The notes: a model not told the origin generated them from the sequence alone. 64,000 nucleotides of DNA from Eledone cirrhosa (GCA_964016885.1 OZ024747.1:89962001-90026000), one strand, 5' to 3'. Counted from the stretch's first letter, positions 12,174 through 24,899 are shown. Numbers and translations are program-made.

Positions 12174-12467
12174 ATAAAAATGAGAAAACTCATTGCTAGA
12201 ACAGCTGTTAAAATAGCCAAAGACAGCAATAGGCAAAAAGGCCTCAGAGGACAGAGACCAATGGTCAGCAGTCAGAGGACACAGACCAATGGCCTGCAGG
12301 CAACAGAGAGACTGTCTCTTTGTTGACTGCTGGCTGTCGTTCTCTGTCCACTGAGGCAATTTTGCCCATTGCTTTCTTTGACAGCATTTGGTTGTTTCAA
12401 TGGCTGTTCTAATGACGAGTTTTCTCATTTTTATGGCTGTTCTAATGACGAGTTTTCTCATTTTTAT
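12174..12467. repeat. ~260-bp imperfect palindrome (old MITE-like fold-back) with a 33-bp tandem duplication of its right end
   Basis: ataaaaatgagaaaactc... pairs with ...gagttttctcatttttat; inner arms gcaataggcaaaaaggcctcagaggacagaga / tctctgtccactgaggcaattttgcccattgc; apex caacagagagac-t-gtctctttgttg. Confidence 0.85.
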
Positions 12468-12939
12468 ATATCTTTTATTTTTATGTTTTTGAACTGAGTT
12501 ATTTATTTATAACGAAAGATATTTTATTACCAAGGACAATGTTATTTTTCCAATGTTTATGCAGCTGTATTTTGCATTGGTTTGAATGTTTATGGTTATA
12601 TAAACATTATATAGGTAAAACACTTCAACATACAATCCCCTCTACTTTCGAGGTGACATCAAAACACTATAAATTGAATTTTATTTATTTTATTGTATTT
12701 GTTTGAATCTGTCTCTGTTTGAGATTTAGTTATGCTAATCACTGACAAAAACCTTTGTAAATGTCTTTAAATTCTTAGTGTCAATATTATGTATTGTCAG
12801 CAAAAATGTAAAGTTTGGTGGAATCATTTAATTTTCTCACTGATTACATTTATAAAAATCTATTTCTTACATGTATATTTTAGAAAATAAAATTGTAAAA
12901 GTTTGGACGTCTTTTTCAGGTCCATGTAGTTTTTCTTTG

Positions 12940-13294
12940 TAATGGGAAAAAGTGCGAAACTCGGAGATCAGTGAGTTACTCCAGGTAGAGCCGCTACTTC
13001 TCCGAATTGAGAGATCATAGCTCCGATACTATGGGAATGTAGTTCAAATGTCTCAGGAAAGAATTGCTGGACAGATTTTACAGGCAAAACAAAGCAGCAG
13101 GAGACCCAAGGCAAGATGCTTTGATAACATCCATGAGCTTGGCTTACCTCACTTGGGGATCCAGCCAGATCAGTTGGAGATGGTTGCTTCTCACAGGACC
13201 TGCTGGAAGGTGTGTTTGAGGACTCTGGCCCCATGATGCTCTCAGGATAAGTGGGCAAAGAAGAAGAAGAAGAAGAAGAAGAAGAAGAAGAAGA
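12940..13294 (+). mobile_element. RTE-type LINE 3' fragment with (GAA)n tail (repeated at 14488-14835 and 16029-16330)
   Basis: Translates LRYYGNVVQMSQERIAGQILQAK...RRPKARCFDNIHELG...HRTCWK, matching the 'LRW.GHV.RM...RP..RW.D' LINE C-terminus, and ends in a GAA repeat. Confidence 0.75.
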
Positions 13295-16200
13295 TTGAAA
13301 GAATTCCTTTGAAACTTGACTATGTATATATAAATTTATTAGTGTTGATATTGGTAATCTTATGTTTGAAATAAAATATTTTCTATTGCATAAGGTCAGA
13401 TTCTCAATAAGATTACATATGTAACTGTTTAGTCCTGGGTCAGTACTAATTGTACAAACATTTATACAGACACAGTGTATCTATTCAATGTATCCTTCCT
13501 TTTCTATGATTGTGGTGGCTTTGACTGACCACGTAGATGTTTGTCCATTGATTCCAGATATGTTATATGTTTTTAGTATGTAGTATTCTTGTATTAGGTT
13601 AGTTTTAGTATAACCAGTACACTATTAGTAGTTTCAATTTCAAAGTGCTTGAGGTAGAATTCATTTCTATAACTTCCGGTATAAATTCTTGCTGTTGGTT
13701 CCATTCTCTATAATATATATAATTATAGCAATACAAGATAGTAAAATATTCACCATGATAAATAAACTAGTGGACGAGTGCCATCAATAATAATGGCAAT
13801 ATTGTTGTGCGAGGGTGGTGGGTTGGAAGTATTGGTGGACAACATGCTTTATGGCAGAGAGTTATGGCCCTTTATGATCTGAGTTCAAATCCTGCTGAGG
13901 TTAGCTTTGCCTTTCATCCTTACGGTGCCAATAAAATAAAGTACCAGTAATGCACTGGGGTCAATTTAATCGACTTTCCACCGCCCCGAAAAATGTTGGC
14001 CTTGTGCCTAAAGTAGAAACAATATTGTTGGAAATATTTAAATTTTGGAGTCCAGAATTATTCAGTTATCTGTAACAGCATTACTAGATATCTGAACAAT
14101 ACATACTGGCAAGTGTGTGATTTGATAAATTAATGATTTGCATAAGAGAAACCCTATAATTTATGTTAATTACTAATATGTTTCCGTTGGTCTTTCCAAT
14201 TGCTAATACTATCTATTGGTCGCAACTCCAGGTAGAAGGATCAATGTGAAATAAAGTGTCTTGCTCAAGGACATACCGCATCGCCTGGTCCAGGAATCGA
14301 ACTAATATGCTGAAGTGGTTAAAAAGGATATAATGATCTTAGTAATTTGGTCATAATTACATAAATATTCAGCATAAATGTACAAATAATATACAGGATT
14401 ATGTGTGTGAATAACTCAAGAACCCCACCAATCCTAAACCACCCTACTCTTCAAGAGCACCCAAGGATGGTGACCCTTTCCTCTCAAAATGGGAAAAAGT
14501 GCATAACTCAGAAATCAGTGAGTTACTCCAGGTAGAGCCGCTACTTCTCCGAATTGAGAGATCATAGCTCCGATACTATGGGAATGTAGTTCAAATGTCT
14601 CAGGAAAGAATTGCTGGACAGATTTTACAGGCAAAACAAAGCAGCAGGAGACCCAAGGCAAGATGCTTTGATAACATCCATGAGCTTGGCTTACCTCACT
14701 TGGGGATCCAGCCAGATCAGTTGGAGATGGTTGCTTCTCACAGGACCTGCTGGAAGGTGTGTTTGAGGACTCTGGCCCCATGATGCTCTCAGGATAAGTG
14801 GGCAAAGAAGAAGAAGAAGAAGAAGAAGAAGAAGATTGAAAGAATTCCTTTGAAACTTGACTATGTATATATAAATTTATTAGTGTTGATATTGGTAATC
14901 TTATGTTTGAAATAAAATATTTTCTATTGCATAAGGTCAGATTCTCAATAAGATTACATATGTAACTGTTTAGCCCTGGGTCAGTACTAATTGTACAAAC
15001 ATTTATACAGACACAGTGTATCTATTCAATGTATCCTTCCTTTTCTATGATTGTGGTGGCTTTGACTGACCACGTAGATGTTTGTCCATTGATTCCAGAT
15101 ATGTTATATGTTTTCAGTATGTAGTATTCTTGTATTAGGTTAGTTTTAGTATAACCAGTACACTATTAGTAGTTTCAATTTCAAAGTGCTTGAGGTAGAA
15201 TTCATTTCTATAACTTCCGGTATAAATTCTTGCTGTTGGTTCCATTCTCTATAATATATATAATTATAGCAATACAAGATAGTAAAATATTCACCATGAT
15301 AAATAAACTAGTGGACGAGTGCCATCAATAATAATGGCAATATTGTTGTGCGAGGGTGGTGGGTTGGAAGTATTGGTGGACAACATGCTTTATGGCAGAG
15401 AGTTATGGCCCTTTATGATCTGAGTTCAAATCCTGCTGAGGTTAGCTTTGCCTTTCATCCTTACGGTGCCAATAAAATAAAGTACCAGTAATGCACTGGG
15501 GTCAATTTAATCGACTTTCCACCGCCCCGAAAAATGTTGGCCTTGTGCCTAAAGTAGAAACAATATTGTTGGAAATATTTAAATTTTGGAGTCCAGAATT
15601 ATTCAGTTATCTGTAACAGCATTACTAGATATCTGAACAATACATACTGGCAAGTGTGTGATTTGATAAATTAATGATTCGCATAAGAGAAACCCTATAA
15701 TTTATGTTAATTACTAATATGTTTCCGTTGGTCTTTCCAATTGCTAATACTATCTATTGGTCGCAACTCCAGGTAGAAGGATCAATGTGAAATAAAGTGT
15801 CTTGCTCAAGGACATACCGCATCGCCTGGTCCAGGAATCGAACTAATATGCTGAAGTGGTTAAAAAGGATATAATGATCTTAGTAATTTGGTCATAATTA
15901 CATAAATATTCAGCATAAATGTACAAATAATATACAGGATTATGTGTGTGAATAACTCAAGAACCCCACCAATCCTAAACCACCCTACTCTTCAAGAGCA
16001 CCCAAGGACGGTGACCCTTTCCTCTCAAAATGGGAAAAAGTGCATAACTCAGAAATCAGTGAGTTACTCCAGGTAGAGCCGCTACTTCTCCGAATTGAGA
16101 GATCATAGCTCCGATACTATGGGAATGTAGTTCAAATGTCTCAGGAAAGAATTGCTGGACAGATTTTACAGGCAAAACAAAGCAGCAGGAGACCCAAGGC

Positions 16201-16330
16201 AAGATGCTTTGATAACATCGATGAGCTTGGCTGGTCTTGCTTGGGGATCCAGCCAGATCAGTTGGAGATGGTTGCTTCTCACAGGACCTGCTGGAAGGAA
16301 TGTTTGAGGAGTCTGGCCCCATGATGCTCT
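12940..16330. repeat. Tandem segmental duplication, ~1.54-kb unit x 2.2 copies
   Basis: Units start at ~12941, ~14488 and ~16029 (aatgggaaaaagtgc). Copies 1 and 2 differ by a few substitutions and by (GAA)n length. Confidence 0.97.
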
Positions 16331-16447
16331 GAAAACTAGCCAGCCTACAGGTGCATGGTCAGTAAAATGTATTCACCTGACCTGGCTAGCCACATAACCG
16401 GACAACTTGTGTAATCCATCCAAGCATGGGAAAAAGATGTTAAACAG

Positions 16448-17040
16448 TGATGGGGTATGGTGATGGTGATGATGACGATGGTGGTGATGGTTATGGTGAT
16501 GATCATGGTGACGATGATGACAATGATGGTGATGATGATGATGGTGCTGACGATGAAGGTGATGATGGTGATGACTATGATGGGGATGGTGATGAGGATG
16601 ATGGTGATGATGATGACGGTGATGACAATGCTGGTGATGATGGTGATGACTATGATGGGGATGGTGATGAGGATGATGGTGATGACAATGATGGTGATGA
16701 CTATGATGGGGATGGTGATGAGGATGATGGTGATGATGATGATGATGATGACAATGATGGTGATGATGGTGATGGCTATGATGGGGATGGTGATGAGGAT
16801 GATGGTGATGACGATGATGGTGATGATGGTGATGACTATGATGGGGATGATGATGATGATGATGACGGTGATGACGATGCTGGTGATGATGGTGATGGCT
16901 ATGATGGGGATGGTGATGAGGATGATGGTGATGATGATGACGGTGATGACGATGCTGGTGATGATGGTGATGTCTATGATGGGGATCGTGATGAGGATGA
17001 TGGTGATGATGATAATAACAATGATGACAATGATGATGTA
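16448..17040. repeat. Compound (GAT/GGT)n tract with higher-order units
   Basis: Visible directly; recurring ctatgatggggatggtgatgaggat sub-unit. Confidence 0.95.
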
Positions 17041-17157
17041 TAGAAGGGAAGAACAAACAAAGCAAGGTACCCCATACATCGAATAGAAAAGGTGTTTTAT
17101 TTATTTTATCGAGAGATGAATTTTACAGAACTAGCTCTATCTAAGCCACCTCTAAAT

Positions 17158-17580
17158 TATAATTGTTTCTACTTTTGGCACAAGGCCAGCAAATTACCCA
17201 GTGTATTACTGGTACCTTTATTTTATCAACCCCGTAAGGATGAAAGGCAAAGTTAACCTCGGCGAGATTTGAACTCAGACCGTAAAATATAATTGTTTCT
17301 ACTTTTTGGCACAAGGCCAGCAAATAAACCAGTGTATTACTGGTACTTTTATTTTATCAACCCCGTAAAGGATGAAAGGCAAAGTTCACCTCGGCGAGAT
17401 TTGAACTCAGACCGTAAAATATAATTGTTTCTACTTTTTGGCACAAGGCCAGCAAATAAACCAGTGTATTACTGGTACTTTTATTTTATCAACCCCGTAA
17501 AGGATGAAAGGCAAAGTTAACCTCGGCGAGATTTGAATTCAGACCGTAAAATATAATTGTTTCTACTTTTTGGCACAAGT
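17158..17580 (-). repeat. SINE-derived minisatellite: ~131-bp headless SINE A unit x 3.2
   Basis: aattgtttctactttt recurs at 17161, 17291, 17423 and 17555. Confidence 0.9.
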
Positions 17581-17589
17581 CTTTCTGAA

Positions 17590-18078
17590 TGTAAGTCTGT
17601 TTATGTATGTGTGTGTTTGTTTGTTTGTGTAAGTATATGTGTTTGTATGTATATGTGTGTGTATGTGTATGTTCCTTTGTATGTGTCTGTGTGTGTGCTT
17701 GTGTGTGTATTTGTGTATGTGCCTTTGTATGTGTGTGTGTTTGTATATGTGCCTTTGGGTGTGTGTATGTGTGTGTGTAAGTGTCTGTGTTTGTGTATGT
17801 GTCTTTGTGTGTGAGTATTTGTGTGTCTTTGTGTGTGTGTGCCTTTGTGTGTGTGCCTTTGTGTGTTTGCATGTGTGTTTTTGTGTATGTGTGTATATGT
17901 GAGTGTGTGTATATGTATATATGTGTGTGTATATGTGTGTTTGTATGTCTGTGTTTTTTGTGTATGTGTGTGTGTATGTGCCTTTGTGTATGTGTGTGTG
18001 GGCCTTTTTGTATATGTATATGCGTGTGTTTGTATCTGTCAGTGTATATATATGTATGTATATATGTGTATGTATGTA
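17590..18078. repeat. Degenerate (TG)n microsatellite
   Basis: Visible directly. Confidence 0.9.
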
Positions 18079-18684
18079 ACCTTTCTACAGATCTACTGAG
18101 ATCTGTAAATGCTATTGAAGCTAATTGAAATTTTCAGTACTAAATTGTTTATCATCTAGCGGAGTTAGTAACTATTTCCAATTACACTCATACACTAGAC
18201 TGAAACAAGGTAATGTGTGTTGCAATAACTATTGTAGTAACTGTTGCAGTAGCTGTTGTCTGCTACTTTAAACCACACATCAACTGCACCTGTTTATGGT
18301 ATTTATTTCACAGACAAGACATATAAAACTTGGTTATAATCAGTAGCTTCATCAATGATCTCATTGGTTATAATCAGCAACTTCATGGATGGGCTAACAA
18401 TTAATGACATATCCAATAAAAGCAATCACAGTCCAGCATTTGTTATTTGATATCTTGAGCAATTAGCCATGACTTCTGATGGAGCGATCACAATTTCGTC
18501 GCTTCTACCATTGAAACTAAATGCATCGTTTACTATCAATATATCAAACTTCTGAAAATTAAATTGAAATATGAATCATTAATCTTTAATTGATTATTTT
18601 TATACATGTTCTGGCAATATTCTACACCTTTTAATCTTCACACATACTTTATACATGTTCTACACATTTTAATGTAGTGTTGTG

Positions 18685-18716
<32 letters not shown>

Positions 18717-18820
18717 AATCCCGCCGAGGTTGACTTTGCCTTTCATCCTTACGGGGTCGATAAAATAAAGTACCAGTAATGCACTGGGTAATTGCTGGCC
18801 TTGTGCCTAAAGTAGAAACA

Positions 18821-18868
<48 letters not shown>

Positions 18869-18879
18869 GTTGTTGTTGT

Positions 18880-18947
<68 letters not shown>

Positions 18948-18960
18948 TTGTTATTATTGT
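18685..18960 (+). mobile_element. 5'-truncated SINE A embedded in (ATT)n/(GTT)n/(ACT)n tract
   Basis: ttcaaatcccgccgaggttgactttgcctttc...agtagaaacaattattatt, flanked by ATT repeats. Confidence 0.85.
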
Positions 18961-19079
18961 GATTTGAAACTTCCTTTGAGTTCTGCTTCTTTCTAAATCA
19001 TGTAGAGTGTCAACCTGGCACCTGAGGCAAAATTTGATAATACATTTTACAATCAATTGTCACACAAATGATTATTATT

Positions 19080-19290
19080 GTGCCCTCCCCGGGTACCCTA
19101 GAAGCGCCAGGTGGTTCAGGATTGGTGGGATACCTGAGTCACCCCTGTTGGGGAATTTATTTTATATTTTTTAGATTTTCACTGTTAAATTAGCCTTGTC
19201 ATTGTGCACTTTTACTCGAGCTTATTGTAAACTCCATGTCTTTGTATCATCACCTACATGTTGGCCCTTGTGGTCAATAAATGAAATCAT
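19080..19290 (+). mobile_element. 3' UTR of a Tx1-like LINE inserted in (ATT)n
   Basis: Ends ...tgtaaactcc...tttgtat...cccttgtggtcaataaatgaaa, the same terminal motif as the Tx1 3' ends at 45.2-46.0 kb; flanked by attattatt. Confidence 0.6.
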
Positions 19291-19311
19291 TATTATTATT
19301 ATTATTATTAA

Positions 19312-19780
19312 GGGCGGTGAATTGGCAGTATCGGTAGAGGGTTGGATGCCATGCTTTCTAGCTTAGTTACGTCCCTTTACAGTCTGAGTTCAAATCCCGC
19401 CGAGGTTAACTTTGCCTTTCATCCTTATGGGGCCTTGTGTCAAAAATAGAAACAATTATTATTATTATTATTATTACCAGTAATACACTAGGAAAATTGC
19501 TGGCCTTGTGCCAAAAGTAGAAACAATTATTATTATTATTATTATTACCAGTAATACACTGGGAAAATTGCTGGCCTTGTGCCAAAAGTAGAAACAATTA
19601 TTATTATTATTATAATTATTATTATTATTATTAGGGACATTATATTGGCAGAATCGGTAGAGCGTCAGACACCATGCTTTACAGCATAGAGTTACGCCTC
19701 TTTACATTCTGAGTTCAAATCCAGCCAAGGTTAGTTTTGCCGTTCATCCTTACGGGGTCGATAAAATAAAGTACCAGTAA
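19312..19780 (+). mobile_element. Cluster of SINE A copies with tandemly amplified 3' tail
   Basis: Two heads (19312, ~19635) and repeated ccagtaatacact.ggaaaattgctggccttgtgccaaaagtagaaac tails. Confidence 0.8.
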
Positions 19781-19784
19781 CATT

Positions 19785-20120
19785 CATACATAGATACCTA
19801 CATATATACACACATACATACATATATACATGCATGCATACACACATACATACATACATGCATGCATATATACATGCACACACACATGCATATATGCATA
19901 CATATATTCATACATATACATATTCATACATATACATATTCATACATATACACATACATACATATATACACACATACATACATACATACATGCATATATA
20001 CATACATGCATGCATTTATATATACATGCATTTACACACACACACATACATACATACATACATACATACATACATACATACATACATACATACATACATA
20101 CATACATACATACATACACA
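19785..20120. repeat. (CATA)n microsatellite
   Basis: Visible directly. Confidence 0.95.
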
Positions 20121-20605
20121 TTGATATATAAGTAAGATACATATTTTTTTTTTTTGGTTGCCCAAAAGATTTTCTGTATATTTATTTTTGTCAGCAGCAT
20201 TAAATAAATGTCACTCCATGGCAGGAATATTTTCATAGGGTAACTTTAGTTCTAATTTTGTCAAAGATGGTAAATTTAAGTTGACATTTCTCTTTCTATC
20301 TCTCTATCTATTTTTTCCCAAGAACTCACCCCCTTTATTTCTTTTTTCACTCCTTTTGTACTTTATTTTGTACTTGAACTCGAAGTTAGTTTTCGGTGCT
20401 ATAATAATTCATCTCTATAAAATGCTGCAACAGTCTTCTTGCCAATTTAAGAAGATCTCATGAGAATGATTTAAGAATGTTCTCTAAAGAACAGTTCTTT
20501 TGAAATTTCAGGAAAGTTTTAGCTAAATTTTAAGCATGAAAGCTGTTAGAATTAATGGACAGAATATGGCAAAAGAGATAGAGAGAGAGAAAAAAATATA
20601 TATAT

Positions 20606-20636
<31 letters not shown>

Positions 20637-21016
20637 GGGGAGAGAGAGGGGAGAGAGAGAGAGGGAGAGAGAAATCAAAAACTAAAACCTAAAACTAAAA
20701 TGTAAAAATGATGAATGTAAGTTGAAGTAAGTTATGATTTCAATAATAAAAGATTTACAACAAACAACTATAACTGAACACTTGGCACAACAGTCAGAGA
20801 TATTTTGATGAGGTCTGTAAAATAATAAGACTGCAACAAGAGATGGACAGTTCAGTTCAGTATTTCTGATATGAACACTTTATTCCTTCAAAACTAAAAT
20901 TTAGAAATTTACTTCGTAGTTTCAATCCTATTGTTTGGCATCATGGGCTTATCCAATACCTTGTGAATAGAATTTGATAGACAGAAACTGTACATATATA
21001 TATATATATATATGTG

Positions 21017-21058
<42 letters not shown>

Positions 21059-21119
21059 GAAGGGAAAACAACACAGGAGAACAATACAGTACATTGATGA
21101 TATATATAGCTATATATTA

Positions 21120-21460
21120 AAAAAAGTTGTGTAAAGACCCCCTTTGGTCATGAATGACCAAGGGTTTTGCACCAAGATAGTTTCCCTCTGAGGCACAAGT
21201 CCAGGCGAGGTTGTTTGTGGAAGACCAGTAGTCACCCATGTATACCAGTCTCCCCTCTTCATGCCACCAATGATGTCCAAGGGAAAGGCAATGTCCAATA
21301 CAGCTTGACACCAATGACATCACAACTCATTTCTACAGCTGAGTAAACTGGAGCAACCTGAAATAAGGACACAATGCATCACCCGGTCCGAGAATCCAAC
21401 TCACAACCTTCTGATTGCAAGCTCAATGCTTTAACCACTAAGCCATGTGCCTCCACACAT

Positions 21461-21492
<32 letters not shown>

Positions 21493-21810
21493 TTTACGAC
21501 TGCTTTTCTCTGCTTGCAAGGGTGGGACGGGAACTGATTCTGGCTTGATTTCTACAGCTGGATGCCCTTCCTAACACCAACCTCATTTACAGTGAGTGCT
21601 GGGTGCTTTTTTTGCCGTGGCACCTCCACGACCACTTTGCAGTGGAATGATACGGACCCCAGTCCTATCATCTCATTTCTACAGCTGAGTAAACTGGAGC
21701 AATGTGAAATAAAGTGTCTTGCTCAAGGAAACAACACATCACTCGGTCTGAGAATTGAACTCACAACCTTTCGATTGCAAGGCCAATGCTCTAACCACTA
21801 AGCCATGTGC
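21120..21810 (-). mobile_element. Cluster of CORE-type tRNA SINEs (family B) and an RTE-tailed SINE fragment
   Basis: Reverse complement ggcttagtggttagagc...gtgagttcaattc...ccttgagcaagacactttatttcac (tRNA head plus CORE-like domain), and a ctacagctggatgcccttcc / (CAT)n tail segment. Confidence 0.7.
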
Positions 21811-22758
21811 CTATATATGTGTGTGTGCGTGTTAAGAGAATTGTTTTTCTATGACTGTATTATTGTTTGTGATTTATTAAAAGCCATATCATCCTTATGT
21901 TGTGTATACCAAACTTTATTTACAAAAAATAGCAAACTTACCCACCTTTTCTATCTCAACATTTCTTTTAGGTGTTTGAAGATGTCACAGACACTTCATG
22001 GTCACCTTATTTATTCCTGTTTTAGTTTTTATCTTTCAAAGAATCAGTTATTCTGCATTGACATTTGCAAGGCTGATACTTGATACAAAATGTTAATTCT
22101 TATAAAAAAAAAAAAGCAACATGTTTGGTTTAACAATAATTCTATATAATTCTTCCCTGTTATTCTATAGTTTATTTATTTATCATTATCATTATTCTTG
22201 TATTTTGAATTCAGTTGCTGTGGTCTTCCTTTTCAATCCTTTATTTGGTTAAATGTTTCTGGAAGTATTCTATCAAAATGCAATGCTGTTTCACCCCAAA
22301 ACCTATGCCAATGTTCACAAGAGCAACATGTCTGTATTGATATCTAAACCACTCCAGGCCAATTTCATTCCACAGAAGAATATCAACAATACAGTAATCA
22401 GACCACAAGAGGAAAGATCATTCTCTATTTCTAAGAGAATATTTGAGTATTAAAGAGAGTATCTTTGAAATTTGTATAACTGGAAACATAAAATGGCTCT
22501 AATCTTTGGAGTAGCAGTTCTATGACTAAATGTATTAGTTCCATTCTTTAATGTTTTTCAGCAATTTAATGGATACTCTGGTGAGAATAGGTTTTTTTGC
22601 ATCCATCATCTCTCATTTAATGTTGTATAACACTGTTGCAACTATCTACCTATCTATATCTATTTAACTTTCTATCTATATCTACCTACCTATCTATCTA
22701 TCTGTTTATCCATCTATATCTATCTATCTATCTATCTATAAATATATATATATATATA

Positions 22759-23040
22759 TACAATATTAAATAAATGGAAAACTATATTTATAAAACCATA
22801 TTTATTTCATTATATATATTTCGGGGATATCATATTAACAATATGCTATGCCTTCATCAGACAAAATACAATATAAACAGTTTTATAGATAAATATATTC
22901 GACATATATATAATGAAATAAATATGGTTTTATAAATATAGTTTTCCATTTATTTAATATTGTAAATATACTCCAAGTATTTGTCGAGTGCTTTTATATC
23001 AGTTATAAATATTTACTAGTTGTAACCCAACAATTTTAAA
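22759..23040. mobile_element. Penelope-like pLTR relic with ~60-bp perfect inverted repeat
   Basis: 22759-22819 is the reverse complement of 22904-22964; it overlaps a hammerhead core and sits inside (TA)n. Confidence 0.7.
22803..22868 (-). ncRNA. Minimal type-I hammerhead ribozyme
   Basis: Minus strand reads UAUUUUGU-CUGAUGA-[AGGCAUAGCAUAUU-GUU-AAUAUGAUAUCCCC]-GAAA-UAUAUA-UA|-AUGAAAUA: 8-bp stem I with 2 G-U pairs and a palindromic stem III. Confidence 0.78.
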
Positions 23041-23048
23041 TATAACTT

Positions 23049-23115
<67 letters not shown>

Positions 23116-23699
23116 GTGTTGGTAGAGGATCAGTACAATTGTTAGACACAAAACTAAGTATTTTGAGAAAAAAAATACCTGCTATTTATAGCCAATCAGA
23201 TGACTATATAGAGATTCAATATTGTTGAACTTGAAGTTTGACATCACATTTCTTTGGCAACCAGAAAATAGTTTCAACCGACTATCTGGTGCTAATGTGT
23301 TTGTAGAATGTTTGTAGAATACTCAATGTTCTGAATTACAAAGGTTTGTCAAGTATTTTTGGAGAGTATTCTGTATAAGACATTTAGGATATCAACTGTT
23401 CTTTTGTCTAGCTTTGTTCTGTGTTGTCAGATATAATGGGTTACAGTGGTTCCTTATTGAAGGTCAGATGGTAGAATGTATGGTAATTGTATCACTAATA
23501 TAATTGTTAGTCAGGAAGTTTGCAGCTTTCGTCTTTTGCATTGGAATTTGTTTTGTAAATTACATTAGTTATTTGCAGTACATATTACTTAACTTGCAGA
23601 CTTGTGGTTTGCTGATGATGAAGAAATTTTTAATTTTCATGTTCTTGAACTTTAATCCTAAGTGCTAGTTGGCAGTTGGGTGCAATGCATATTGTAACC

Positions 23700-24450
23700 T
23701 GTCTAATGAGTTATCATTCTATAACATGTTCTTCCATTCTTTAGAGAAGCTTGTAAATTTAGATAGGTTTCTATGCCATTCTTGACTGGAGTTCATGCAG
23801 TACATAAGTGAACCATTCAGAAAAAGGCAAAGAACATTCACAATCTGAAAGTAAAAAAGAGAGAGCAGGATGAAGAAATCAAGAAGGTGACTTGAAAATT
23901 TGTCATCCAGCTCAGCTATTATTGATGATGATGATGAAATATTCAAGTCAACACTGCTCAAAGAATTACTGCATATAAAGCCAACTCTTAATGCCACTCT
24001 TATTGCCTTGTGAGAATGGGAGAAACTATCAGTACAACAAGGAAGTATTTCTTACATCGTAATTGCAAACAGTCTTGGTCAAGATGTGCCTGAACTCTTG
24101 ATTTCCCCTCGAAACTGTTTATCGAGGAAAACCCAGTCACCCTGAGAAGAGGACTAGGGAAATCAAGTTATTCACTTTCCCATCTGAAAACAGATGCTGG
24201 CTAGTTCTCCACTGGGATGAAAAATCATTACCATTGGTTTCCCGATCCAGCATATTCAAAGCACTGATTGCAATTTTAGTTGCAGAAAAAGAAAAAAAGA
24301 AGTTCTTAGGTATTCTGATTTCAAAAGATAGAACTGGACAAGTTGCTGTAGTCATTTTGAAGGAAATCCAAGAAGTCCAAATTGAGAAAAGGATACTTGG
24401 TATGTCCTTCAACATCATTGGGAGTAACACCAGCATACACCAAGGAGCCA
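23700..24450 (+). pseudogene. Degenerate hAT-superfamily (hATm-like) transposase fragment
   Basis: Translates LVLHWDEKSLP...IAILVA...KFLGI...RTGQVA...ILGMSFNIIGSNTSIHQGA, a decayed 'HWDGK ... GMSFDTTASNTG.H.GA' signature; stops and frameshifts upstream. Confidence 0.7.
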
Positions 24451-24497
24451 ATATGAGAGAGTGTGTGACTTTTAAATATTATTTGATTGACCTATAA

Positions 24498-24655
24498 TGG
24501 TTAGATAACATTCATGAGCTTGGCTGGTCATGCTTTGGGATCCAACTGAAAGTTGGAGACAATTGCTTCTGACAGGACCCACTAGAAGTAGTGTTTGAGG
24601 ACTTTGCCCCCACGATCCTCTCAGGAATAAGTGGGTTAAGAAAAAGAAGAGAAGA
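24498..24655 (+). mobile_element. RTE-type LINE 3' fragment (same family as 12940-13294)
   Basis: gataacattcatgagcttggctgg...ctctcaggaataagtggg followed by a GAA-like tail. Confidence 0.8.
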
Positions 24656-24899
24656 CCTATAATTTGGCACACATGGAATAACCTGCTCATGAAATTAACG
24701 TGTAAGTGGCTGAGCATTCCACAGACATGTGTATCCTTAACATAATTCTCAGGGAGATTAAATATGACACAGTATATGACAAGGTTGACCCTTTGAATTA
24801 CAGGGACAGTCCTTCCAATATGCTCCCAAACATTTTCTGTCTATCCAGTTTCACTTACAAGGAATGGTTAGACACAGAGTTAAGGTAAATGACACTTGC

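Noticed and set aside
21972-22450. Plus-strand exon candidates after strong AG acceptors
   Set aside because: All frames close quickly, no recognisable domain and no consistent exon chain.
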